Below, one piece after another: positions 25,987-37,603 of a stretch of DNA of 64,000 nt. Each line of letters starts with the position of its first letter. The first letter of the stretch is position 1. The DNA comes from Octopus vulgaris. Taxonomy: Eukaryota. Below the pieces are notes generated by a model, which was given only the letters and a program-made list of their open reading frames with translations, was not told where the DNA came from and did no database searches. The DNA lies in NCBI GenBank assembly GCA_951406725.2, contig OX597829.1:27466001-27530000 (forward strand), read 5' to 3'. Position numbers and translations under genes: made by a program.

Positions 25987-27662
25987 GTCGCGTTTTTTTG
26001 CGCTCTGTAAAATTCGGTTAAAAAAGAAAAAACAACAAAAAGTGAATTGTGGTTGCGGAATTGGAACGTCGGTTGGTGCGGTTTCGCGTCGCACTGGTTC
26101 TGTGCGTCGCACGTTTTCTGTTCGGGAGGCCGTTTTTCGGTCTGAGGCGACTATGAGCCGCCTCTACCAAACGGATGAGATGGAAGGAGAAATTTCTCTG
26201 AAAATTCGTCGACATCTGAGGAGGAGTTGGCGGTGAAAAAAATGGAAAGCACCTATGCAGGTATAACGAAGAAGTCAACAGAAAAAGAGATAGACCTGGC
26301 TAAGTTGACGGACTTCCAGGAGTTCATGAAGGAGGAGGAGAACGGAGAGGTTGAGCTGTTGCCTCTAGCAGGGCGCGGAGACTGGTTCCATCGTAGAACC
26401 ATTAAATATAAAGTATTTATGAATGGAGGTAGAAAAATGGAAGTGATTAACATGGAAGCAATTGAAGAGGCTTTCAAACGGACAGGAGAAGAAATTGTGT
26501 ACATGACAAAAGGATTAGAATATGGAACCATAACGGTACAATTTAAAAGTGAGAAAGCAGCCAGGAATATAGCAGCCAAGGTGGTGAGTACAGAAAAGTT
26601 TTACTTGTTCCCCTCGTATTTGAATAGAAGGACCACCAGAATTAGGGTGGAAGGAATACCTCCACACCTAGAGGGCGAATTAATAACGGCTGCGGTTATC
26701 AAAGGAAATGAAGATAAAGTGGACATCCTCCACGCCATTATGAAATATGAAGGCGTGAGAGGTGCCACACTAGTAATGAACATACAGACGGAGGCGGAAG
26801 TTATAGAAAAGCTTACGGACAGTATAAAAACTGGAAATATTATTATGAGAGTGTGGGTGGAGGGTAGGGCGCCCAGGTGCTACAAGTGTGGCCTGAGGGG
26901 TCACATAAGAGCCTACTGCCCTCCCCCACTAAAGGAAAAAGAAAAGGAAATCGTCGCGGAAGCCCCAAAAGAGGAAGAAACCAAAGAGAACCAAAGGGAA
27001 AAAGAAACGACAGAAGAAGAGGAGATGCAACAAGAGTGGGAAGAAGGAAGAAAAAAGAGAAAAAGAAAGAAAAAGAAAAACTGTGCGAAGCCCCAACCCA
27101 CCCCAACACCACCCGCACCCTCTGAATCCCACCCTTCCCCTGCAGACAGTGAACCCACCCGCTCCCCTCCAACAAGAAAACAAAAGAAAAATAACAATAC
27201 AGACAGACAAGAGTTTGAAAACGAACCCAGGCCGAACATTTATATTGTGACTGAACAGAAAGAGGTTGAAAGGGTAATGGAGGAGTATGAATGGTATGAA
27301 ATGGATGGGACCAGATATGCAGTGCTGGAAAAGAAGAATATAGATGAGTTTGTGTTGAGGTGTGAAAGGGAGAATTGGGAGGTGAAAGATACAAGAATGA
27401 GCGATGAATTCGTGGAATATATGGAGGACAGTTTCGGAGTAAGAATGGATATGGATGGTCTTCGTATTGGGAATGAACATTCAGGTGACAGTGAAAACAA
27501 AAGGACAGGTAAGTGATGCTGGCGGAGGGGGCCGTTAGCATCGCTTTCATATTATCATTTTTTCATTTTCATTTGCTCATAAATTTAATCATATTGTTCT
27601 ATGTCCCCCATGTTTTGTTATGTCCGCCATTCTTCGTAGCCCCTGGTGGGTAATAAAGAAAT
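25987..27662 (+). mobile_element. ORF1-only non-autonomous Tx1/L1-derived element (half-L1-like), element A
   Basis: GC-richer 5' UTR, one intact ORF1 and a ~145-bp 3' UTR ending gcccctggtgggtaataaagaaat. No endonuclease or RT sequence. The 5' boundary is approximate. Confidence 0.75.
26242..27516 (+). CDS. ORF1p (gag-like nucleic-acid-binding protein): RRM-like region, CCHC zinc knuckle, charged/Pro-rich linker, C-terminal domain
   Basis: Uninterrupted ~424-aa ORF from ATG 26242 (track 26227). Knuckle VEGRAPRCYKCGLRGHIRAYC. TTRIRVEGIPP motif typical of Tx1/L1-clade ORF1. Confidence 0.88.
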   Translation: MESTYAGITKKSTEKEIDLAKLTDFQEFMKEEENGEVELLPLAGRGDWFHRRTIKYKVFMNGGRKMEVINMEAIEEAFKRTGEEIVYMTKGLEYGTITVQFKSEKAARNIAAKVVSTEKFYLFPSYLNRRTTRIRVEGIPPHLEGELITAAVIKGNEDKVDILHAIMKYEGVRGATLVMNIQTEAEVIEKLTDSIKTGNIIMRVWVEGRAPRCYKCGLRGHIRAYCPPPLKEKEKEIVAEAPKEEETKENQREKETTEEEEMQQEWEEGRKKRKRKKKKNCAKPQPTPTPPAPSESHPSPADSEPTRSPPTRKQKKNNNTDRQEFENEPRPNIYIVTEQKEVERVMEEYEWYEMDGTRYAVLEKKNIDEFVLRCERENWEVKDTRMSDEFVEYMEDSFGVRMDMDGLRIGNEHSGDSENKRTGK

Positions 27663-27675
27663 AACATGGAGGAAA
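27663..27675 (+). repeat. Target-site duplication, left copy (AACATGGAGGAAA)
   Basis: Identical 13-mer at 32925-32937. Confidence 0.85.
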
Positions 27676-27893
27676 TCAATTTATTGCGTTATTAGTAAGT
27701 TGATATATATTTTTGCTCTCATACTACTTATCTCTGTTATTATATACTGTTGGTCTACCTTTTTTTGTCCATTGTTGTCTAACGGACGAAGTCAACCTTC
27801 GCGCGAAGACTTCGCGTTGGTGTTCCCCCCTCAGTGGGGGAAAACTACAATCAATTTAGATTACCAAAGGTTTGTTAAAGCCATTTGTTCAAA

Positions 27894-29277
27894 ATGGAGT
27901 CCCCCATCACTTATTCGCCCGTGACGAGCGAGGAGGAATACCCGGCGTTGTCGCCAAGTAAAAAAGAGGCGTTGTCGCCAAGAAAAAAAGAGGCGCTGTC
28001 GCCGAAGAAAAAAGAGGCGGCGTCGCCCAAGAAAATGGTAAAACCAGTACCAGCATCAACTCCAGCAAAAAAATTCGCTGAAGTGGCTGGGAAGAAAATT
28101 AAAAAAATTAACGTGGACAACCTGGGAAAACATGCGGACTGTGTGTCAAAAGAGGGCACGGAAGTAACCGTGGCTTCAAACGCCAAAATACAAGGAGGAT
28201 ATTTCGAATAGGAGAATAATCTATAAGACATTCAGTATAACAAACAGAGCAATCCAAAAAATAGAGGAAAAAAAGATTGAAAACTGCTTAAAGCCAATAA
28301 TGGATAAAATTACGTATATCAATCGAGGGAAGAAATACGGCACAGTGGAGGTGAGATTCACGTCAGAGGAGGTAGCAAAGAAGCTATCCATGGAACCCAT
28401 AAAAGCAGAGGATATTGTTCTCCTACCCCTGTATAAAGGCAAGAGAACTTCCAAGATCACTATGAACAACATCCCGCCAGAAGCGGATGCCGAAGTCCTA
28501 GTGGCAGCAGTTATGGTAGGCCTGGAGGAAAAAATAAACATCCTCCAGGCCACCGTAGAAGAAGAAGAATTCTGGAAAGGGCAAAAGATAATAATAGCCA
28601 TACAAGCAGAAGTACAAACCCTGGAAGAGATCCCAGAGACTCTTAGGATAAGCGAAGATGAAAGAGTCACAGTCTTCGTAGAGGGCAGAAAGCCGAGGTG
28701 CTTCGGCTGCGGTAAGAAGGGGCATGTAAGGGCGGAATGCCAGCCCCAACCCAAACCGCAGGAAGCACCTAAGCCAAAAGGAAAAGAAGACAATGTGTCA
28801 TCAGAAGCAGCGTCAGACGGCCCAGATGGGAAGACTGAAGGTGTGGAGGTGATGGTAACAGCAGAACCAGCGGCGGAGAAAAAAAAGAGCGAGGAAAAGA
28901 TAAATGAGGAGGGGTGGGCAAAAATTATCGGAAAAAAAAAAGAAAAACGGAAACCACCCCTCCCAGAGTAATTTTAAAAAAGAAAAAAGAGTCAATAAAC
29001 TCATATATGGCCGTAAAAGCATCAAATAGCAGACTCGGAAACGTGTTGGCAGCCATGGCCAATGTGAAGAGAGTAGAGAGAAAAAAAAAATGACTTTGTA
29101 ATTTACAAAATAGACCGGAAGGATTACGGGCGGATAAAGTCAGATTTCTTCCATGACGTAGGCCCACTTAGGTTGGATGTAACATCTCCACATATATTCG
29201 AGGGCCTACGTCAGACTCCCCCACGAGGCCCAGAAAAAGAGAAGGAAGAAGAAGAAAAAACCGAACCACTGATATAA
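27894..29277 (+). CDS. ORF1p of LINE B (3 apparent frameshifts)
   Basis: Track ORFs 27885-28211 and 28300-28971 join via a shift near 28208 (..YFE/RRIIYKTF). Knuckle CFGCGKKGHVRAEC. Reading continues through shifts in A-runs near 28940 and 29090 to TAA at 29275-29277. Confidence 0.8.
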
Positions 29278-29286
29278 AGGTAAGTA

Positions 29287-32200
29287 ATGGATTACATTTA
29301 TGTTGGTTGTTTAAATGTGCGCGGCCTGGGAGCAGGCTGGAAGCAAGGTCGCTTCCTGCATGATATCAGGTCGCGTAATTTAGATGTTATTGTTGCTACA
29401 GAAACCCGGCTAGAGGGGCCAAGAGGTCTACTCCCGCTGTTTGACGGCTACGAGAGTTTTTCTCTCCTGGCAGTCCTACAGGCGGGAGTGGGGTGTTGGT
29501 CCTATTAAAAAGAAACCGGGTTTCTGAGAAAAAGTTAATTTTTGCAGATCCAGAAGGTAGGCTGGTCGTCATGGATTTGACGTTCAGTAATGGTAAAGTT
29601 ATCAGACTGGTTGCAATTTACGCACCCAACCATACAGGGCAAAGTGATTATTTTCGTGAACTAGAAAACTTTCTTGGTACTTCGCATTCATTAGTGGTGC
29701 TAGGAGACTTTAACACAATTTGCAAAGCGGATGTAGATTATGTTGGCTCGTGTCCAGATAGAAAAGGCAACAGTGGCTTCATGGAACTGCTAAGCCGCTT
29801 TGAGCTAGCAGATCCTTATAGGCTGGAATTTCCGAACGCTCCATTGTGGACATGGTCAAACAGCGACGGATCTTCCAGGTCGTATCTAGATAGAATACTA
29901 ATTAGAAAAGTAGACAGTAAAATAGCTAAGTGTCCACAGTTTTACCCGATCAGCTACAGTGATCATAAAATGGTCACTTGTAAGCTTGACATAGATAAGG
30001 TTAAAAATAGAGGATCCGGTTACTGGAAACTTAATACGTCCCTTTTGGCGATTAAGGAGTACAAAGACCGGATTAGGAATATAATTCAGAGGGCACTATC
30101 TGGTACCATCATTAATAACAAATGGTGGTACGCCCTCAAACGAGCCATCAAGTTTGAGTCTATTAGATATAGCATAGGAGTAGTGGCTAGAGAGGCTAGA
30201 AGGGAAACTACTCTAGTTAAGGAATTAGAGGAAGCCATGAAAACTGGCTCTGCGGCTCAGGTGGCGGCCAAGAGACTGGTGTTAAACCAGCACCTCGAGG
30301 CCAAACACATGGGCTGCATTGTCAGGGCTAGAATCCGTCATATGGGATGTGAAGGAATCAACGCCGTGAGATGGGCCCGAGTGGTGGAAGCTCAGCATGG
30401 TAACGATGCCACGATTCGATCTTTGACGAACCAACAAGGTGAGTTGATAAACGAACCCGAGGAGATGTGTGAGGCCTTTCAGGAGCACTTCGCTCAGCTT
30501 TTCGGTGAGTGCGGCGGACTGGATAGGAGGAGGGCCTTTACGGACCTACTCGACGGTCTGCCGCGCTTATCGGGGCGAGATGCGGAGGGCTGTGAAGGGC
30601 CAATCACGCCTGAGGAGGTGGTTGAGGCAATGGCGGACTGCGGCGCGGGCAAGGCGCCGGGTTTGGATGGTCTACCCTATGAGTTATATAAGAGTATGCC
30701 AGACTTGTTCGGGCACCTACTGGCGGAGGTCTACGCGAACTGGCAGCAGAACGGGCTTATACCCAGATCTGTGCGCCGGGGAGTAGTGACTCTCGTCAGA
30801 AAGGACCCGAGCAAGGGGAGTGCATTGATAATTTCAGGCCCATCACTCTGCTAAACACAGAGTTGAAGATTTTGGCCAAAGTGTTATCGAAAAGATTGGC
30901 GCGTGTCGCGGATGGTCTGATCGGAGGGGCACAGACATGTGCCGTTCCGGGCAGATCCATTCAGGATAATCTCCATCTAATGCGGTACACTATAGAGGGG
31001 TTTAATAGTGATTCTGGCAAGGGTGGGGCACTGGTCCATTTAGACCAATCTAAAGCTTTTGATAGGGTCGACCATCGTTACCTGGTATCTGCCCTGGCAC
31101 AGTTCGGGCTGAGCCTTGGATTCCTCAGGTGGATTATCGAAATTTATGATAACATCGACTCGGTAGTTCGGGTGAACGGCTTCTTGTCGAAGCCGTTCAA
31201 AATCAAACGCTCGGTTCGTCAAGGGTGTCCGCTCTCCCCGCTTTTGTACGTGATGGCTCTTGAGCCATTACTGCGAAAACTGAGCGGCATCCCGAGACAG
31301 CCAGGTAATGGAAAATCAGTGTCAGCGTACGCGGATGACATCACCATCATCGTAACCGAAATGGACCACCTATGTAAAGTAGGCAAGGCCATAGAGGTGT
31401 ACGAGACGGTGACAGGAGCAAAAGTTAATCGCGAAAAGTCAGTCGGCTTGCAACTCGGCACCTGGAGAGGCAAGTCGATGCCTCCTGACAGCGTCGTGGG
31501 ACGTTGGACGGAGGGTCCGATTAAACTGCTAGGGGTCTGGTTCGGTCCAGACCTCCAAATAGAGAAGAATTGGGGCGAGGTAACGAGCAAGGTGGCTGCA
31601 GTAGCCAAGACCTGGTCTTGGCGGTGGCTATCCCTGAAAGGGAGGGCGGAGGTGGCCAATGTGTTTATCGCATCGGTTATCACCTACCGCCTTTCCGTCG
31701 TTCCTTGCCCTGATTCGTGGTTGATCAAGTTGGAAAGACAGCTCTTCTACTTCTTGTGGAAGGGCGGGAAACCACTTGTGAAACGCTCTACTTGCTGTCA
31801 ACAACCGTTAAAGGGGGGCTAGGGATGCCTTGGCTGATGATGCGCAGACATGCGCTGAGGTTAAGACATCTGTGGCTCTACCTGGATGGTGAACGGGTGT
31901 GGTCTTCGCTAGCAAAACTGATGTTTCCCAAGTTCACTAGTTTCGGTGGATGGGAAACCTGGCTGAGTCGTAGATCGAAACTTGGTACTTGGTACACGGA
32001 GTGTCGCAAGGCTCTCCTGCTATTCCGTCGCTCGGGCAACGCCTGCGGTGGGGGTTCCACCACTTTCTTCTATAGAGGGTTGGTAGAGGCGGAATGTGAA
32101 GATACCTTGGGGGAAACCCTAGGTCTCGACGATAATCAGCTGGCCAGTCTGTTCCGACGTACGTTCGAGCCAAGGACACTGGACAACTTCCAGAAGTCTC

Positions 32201-32679
32201 TGGCATGGCAATGCTACAGAGGAGCTCTACCTGTTCGGGATAAACTCGCAAGGCACGGTGGCCAAGACAGTCCGATATGTCCAAGATGCGGGCGGGATAG
32301 GGAAACCGTCCCGCACGCGATTGTTCATTGTCCGGACGTGTCTGAGGTGTGGGTTTATGCCGAACACCTGTTGTCAGGTACACGAAGAGTACAGCTGTCG
32401 ACTGAGTCGATTACAAAAATTGACCCACCGGATTTCCTCGTGAATGAAGGTAAGTTTCGTTTTCTCGTTGTAGTAGCAATCGCGAAAGAGGTGATATGGA
32501 AGACGAGAATGAAAGGTTTACAGTCAGGCAAGTTCATCTCCGGCCCTGGTTTGATGAATTATTTCATCTTTCACCTGAAAAGGAAGATAGGGCTGGAGAG
32601 AATATGCCTGACTAGGAGAGCGTATGAAGAACGATGGATGGATGTAGCACGGAAGTTGCGAATGAAAGTTACAACATAA
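29287..32679 (+). CDS. ORF2p: AP endonuclease + reverse transcriptase + C-terminal zinc-binding domain (3 apparent frameshifts)
   Basis: APE motifs LNVRGL, IYAPN, GDFN, SYLDRI, SDH. RT motifs KAPGLDGLP, NFRPITLLN, LDQSKAFDRV, VRQGCPLSP, YADD. C-terminal CPRC...HAIVHC. Shifts near 29460, 30820 and 31815. Confidence 0.93.
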
Positions 32680-32924
32680 ATGTAATACCAAGTGCAACCA
32701 AAAGTATCAGTGGGGAGGCGGGGCTCGTGGGGTCCGAGCTAAACCCGCACCCACTCCACCCGTAATGTCTTCCGGTCTGTCCTATCACTCGATTTTTGTC
32801 CATTTATTGTTATTCATGAAAATTTTTAAACCCGATTTATTGTAAAAACCCATTCGTTTGTCTGACCCCATCATCAGAATGTATTGTCCCATCTGTGTTC
32901 GCCCCTTGTGGGTAATAATAAAAC

Positions 32925-32937
32925 AACATGGAGGAAA
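32925..32937 (+). repeat. Target-site duplication, right copy (AACATGGAGGAAA)
   Basis: Identical to 27663-27675. Confidence 0.85.
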
Positions 32938-33222
32938 GCACCTTCGAAAAGTGTTTTGGTGCGACTATGAAAGATATCTAATCAGAGGCGGTAAATTCGC
33001 CACAATAGAAGCAAGGTTCGAGTCAATGGAGCGTGCAAGGGAGTACTCGACTCGAACTTGCAAAGTGGAAATATTTTATTTTTACCTTACGTAGGACGTC
33101 CCAGAAAAATTTTTAAAATGCCCCCTCCCCAGAAGTAGAGGTAGGCTGGATTGTAGCCACACTTCTATACAAGAGGGAGGACAAGATACAATTGATCGAA
33201 ATTACAAGAGACGGGCTAACAA
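32928..33222 (+). pseudogene. 3' piece of decayed Tx1-type ORF1 (host element C)
   Basis: Frameshifted translation MEESTFEKCFGATMKDI/YLIRGGKFATIEARFES...PPEVEVGWIVATLLYKREDKIQLIE. Aligns to B IEEKKIENCLKPIMDKITYINRGKKYGTVEVRFTS...PPEADAEVLVAAVMVGLEEKINIL. Confidence 0.8.
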
Positions 33223-33367
33223 TTCCAGTCTGTTATATATTTTGAGTATTGTTATCACTAGCGATATCAAGATATAACTTTGTATTTTGTATTTTATGTG
33301 TAGATGTATATATATATAGATGTACATGTAATATGTAGATATATATATATACACATATATACATGCA

Positions 33368-33406
33368 CTAGCACTATGACCCGGCAACGACGTGTCTTTA
33401 ATGCTA

Positions 33407-33450
<44 letters not shown>

Positions 33451-33762
33451 ACTTACTACATATAATTCAATTGTTATTATTGTTTTTATTGTTAAAGTGA
33501 AAGTATCTGACATAAAATAGAGAAATGTTTTTGTTTCACTTTTAACACGTAATACTGAAATAGTGGAGAAAATATGATATTGCTATGGGCTCGCTCTAGG
33601 CAAGAAGTTGAACATTTTTTTTTTGCCCATGGAACTACATGGACCCTAAGTAAGGCATGTGTAAAATTTGAATGAAATTGGTGGTGTAGTTCTCAAGTTT
33701 TAGGGAAACACACAGACAGACAGACAGACAGACACATATTCTCAGTTTTATATATATAAAGA
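33368..33762 (-). mobile_element. Non-autonomous Helitron-like element
   Basis: - strand A|TCTTTATATATATAAAA 5' end with (TCTG)n. 3' hairpin gtcgttgccgggtc then CTAG|T. Confidence 0.7.
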
Positions 33763-33981
33763 TATATATACATATATATTTAAAACAAGCAAATTAGATA
33801 GTTAGAAAACCGTTATATGACATATATTCGACGGGCTTCTTTCAGTTTCCGTCTTACCAAATTCACTCCCAAGGCTTTGGTCGAAGTGATAGTAAAAGAC
33901 ACTTGTCCAAGGTGCCATACAGTGGGACTGAACCCGGAACCATGTGGTTGGAAAGTAAGCTTTTTACCGACCACATACGCC

Positions 33982-33984
<3 letters not shown>

Positions 33985-34012
<28 letters not shown>

Positions 34013-34285
34013 TGTATGTATGTATGTATGTATGTATGTATGTATGTATGTATGTATGTATGTATGTATGTATGGATGGATGGATGGATGGATGGATGGA
34101 TGGATGGATGGATGGATGGATGGATGGATGGATGGATGGATGGATGGATGGATGGATGGATGGATGGATGGATGGATGGATGGATGGATGGATGGATGGA
34201 TGGATGGATGGATGGATGGATGGATGGATGGATGGATGGATGGATGGATGGATGGATGGATGGATGGATGGATGGATGGATGGAT
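33985..34285. repeat. (TATG)n-(GGAT)n microsatellite
   Basis: Direct reading. Confidence 0.95.
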
Positions 34286-34961
34286 GTTGAGGTTTGTGTG
34301 TGTGTATTTCCTTTCATTCAAGCGTGTTGCGTAGATACTCATTGTGAACGCGCCGTTAATTCGTCCCTTCCCTACAAAGACTCGACTTTGCACGTTAGAC
34401 AGGTGGTAGCAACATCTCTATACTTCAGTACCAAGGTAATAACTGAAGTCCAATGTCCAGAAATGTATTACAGACTTCCTACGGCTGTGATGGCGGACGA
34501 TAACTGCAGCAGCTTGAAAAAACAATTCAGTCGTGCTGGTCTTCTTTGACCTCTTACAGTGAGCATTCTGGGATACGATGTGAAACAGTACCTTGTACAT
34601 AAAACCATATTTCTAGAAGAACTCGAATAACAGAAGTAGAATTAAAAATAGGCTTTAAGAATACTATTTATTGAAGTTCAGTTGTCTGTAACTCAGAATA
34701 GCTGTCTGTGAAGGTTTTTCAGCTTTGATGAAAGTATATATATATATATATATATATATAGTACACACACACACACGCACATACACGCATATATGTATAT
34801 ATGTATAGAATATATATGTATATTTTCTTTTCTCTGTATATCATAACTAGTATTACAATTCAGTATAGAAGTTCCTTATCAACTATACAGGAAGTAGACT
34901 GGAATATGATAATCTACGAAGTACTCTAAATGAAACAATAGCAGTCATACATCTATATATA

Positions 34962-34997
<36 letters not shown>

Positions 34998-35154
34998 TGT
35001 ATGTATGTATGTATGTACGTAGGTATAAATATATGTTTATATATGTACACGCATATGTATAAATAAATATGTATGCATATATATATGTATGTGTATGTAT
35101 ATATATAAAATATTTGTATATATTTGTGCGTGTATGTATATATATATGTATGTA

Positions 35155-35204
<50 letters not shown>

Positions 35205-35264
35205 GTATATATTTGTGCGTGTAATGTATGTGTATGTGTGTGTGTGCGGGTGCGTATGTGTGAG

Positions 35265-35300
<36 letters not shown>

Positions 35301-36027
35301 TAGGCAGACAGACAGATTGATAGATAGATACATACATACGTACGTACATACATAGACACACACCCACGCAAGTATATACATATACACACATTAGGATGGG
35401 TGTGTAGTAAATGTGATTATATGCTGCCTGAAGTGGTATTCCTTCTTTCTATTAAATATCTCTGCTCTATGAGAGTTTAGTAAACTAAACAAGAGACAGG
35501 TGGAAAGAAGTGTGCTCAGAAGAAAGCTTAAGAATAGTTTCTTACATAGACAAGAGTGCTACCAGCAGTAGTAGCTAAATTATGGTTGAATAAAGAAATG
35601 CTTTGTGTCGGATATAATCACAATAGGACTTGGGTTTCTGATTCACAACCGTTCTACTTTTCAGAAGTCATAGCAGCTGTAGTCCTTGCTATCCAGCTGA
35701 ACTGTTAAGCATTCATGAGCGAATTTGCTAAACAGCAAAAATTTTAGACCATCCACTGAAACAGTGATGGAAGGTATCTTTCTATAAAATGATTTGTTCA
35801 AACAAAAGAGTTTGCATATTTTACAGGAGAGCTTGCATATTTCTATTTTGTAAGTTTCGGCCGACGACCAACTGTTTGTCATCTGTATGGGCAAAATTTC
35901 ATTAAATTGGTTTCATCTAGAAAAAGAATTGAATATTTTTGCTTAATTAGATAGTAATTTGATTAATTGAACAGATAAAAAAGACCTAGGGACAATAGCA
36001 GATATATCGCAGTATCGAATGTATTGA

Positions 36028-36089
<62 letters not shown>

Positions 36090-36272
36090 GTTTTCCTATA
36101 TGGCACTCCATCATCATATGTCTGATAAGACATAAAAAAAAAGAGATAAAAAAAACTGTAGATGAAGAATACTGCTACAAAAAAAATAATGCGCTACAAT
36201 AAAATTATTTTCATGTTAACTCAAATAACATGGGAAAGAAACAGAAAAATATATGTGACAACCCTACAGATA

Positions 36273-36348
<76 letters not shown>

Positions 36349-36365
36349 ATGTATATATGTGTATA

Positions 36366-36416
<51 letters not shown>

Positions 36417-36455
36417 ATGTATGTATATATGTGTATATATATATATATATATACG

Positions 36456-36501
<46 letters not shown>

Positions 36502-36845
36502 AGGAAAGAGAGAGACGACAGACAGCAGAAAATGGAATTAACGACATTCTTTATTTAAAAACACTACATTTGTTTCGGCACATTGTGGCACCTTCATAGG
36601 TGCGATGTTGTATAGTCATTATTTTACATCCCAGGTGTAGATTGCACTTCTTCAGGTGATTGCTTAAGATATGTCCTTCGTTAGATACTCTTGTCATTTC
36701 ACTCATTTTTAATAATGTATATCAAGAGTGATGTGTCTTTCCAGCAGTTCGTAAACTGTATGATACATCATTCTAGGTATGTATATGTAGATATGTCAGT
36801 AGGTGGATATATATGTATATATGTATGCATGTGTGCATGTGTGTA

Positions 36846-36893
<48 letters not shown>

Positions 36894-37561
36894 GGATTGT
36901 CAGATGAATTTGCTTTGTTTTTTTTCTTCTTCTTTTCCTACTTGGCATTGTCATGTGTCTGAAAAGAGATAGAATTTATTTAAATTAAAAATATACGAAA
37001 ATCGTTTTATGTTGAGTTTCAGAGCGTAAACGTTATCAATTTATTATGAAATGATTCCTACATCAAATATGTAAACACTAATGAATTGTTAGACTGTTGG
37101 ATAGAATTCTTTTTTTTTTTTGCCACTCACTGTTCTGAGATCAAATCCTGTCGATATCAACTTTACCTTTTCATCCTTTCGGGGTCGATAAAATGCTGCA
37201 ATCAATCGTAGTGGATTGATGGAGCTGTTTTGAAGGTCGGGAAAGAAGTTTTGCAGTATCTGCATAGGCTCTTCGCCTTCTGAAAAAAATGTTTGTGATG
37301 ACCCTTCTAGCAAGCTGTATAGGCCCAAGTTACCGGCCCTTATCTTGGATAAAATTCGGTGATGTGTAGAAAGGTGATTTGCGCGCATGGCCCATTTTCT
37401 TCCTTATAAAAATCATGTGGTTCAGTCCCACTGTGTGACACCTCGGACTAGTTTCTTCTGCAATGGCTCCAGCCCGACCGTTGCTTTGTGAGTTAAATTC
37501 GTTGACGGCAACAGTGTGTGTCTTTGAATTCGTAGTTTGTTTACGTCCCGTAATTTTGTCG

Positions 37562-37603
<42 letters not shown>

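Larger units (their letters stand above)
27676..32924 (+). mobile_element. Full-length Tx1-like (L1 clade) LINE, element B
   Basis: 5' UTR, ORF1, 9-bp spacer, ORF2 (APE-RT-Zn), 3' UTR ending gccccttgtgggtaataataaaac. Flanked by the 13-bp TSD. Confidence 0.93.

Noticed and set aside
26227-29277. Single LINE with two tandem ORF1 genes
   Set aside because: A has its own 3' tail and B is bounded by its own 13-bp TSD starting at 27663, so two insertions explain it better. Not fully excluded without other copies.
26253-32537. Antisense ORFs over A and B (e.g. 26843-27550, 28221-28793, 31219-31683)
   Set aside because: They are shadows of purine-rich coding strands, with no motifs.
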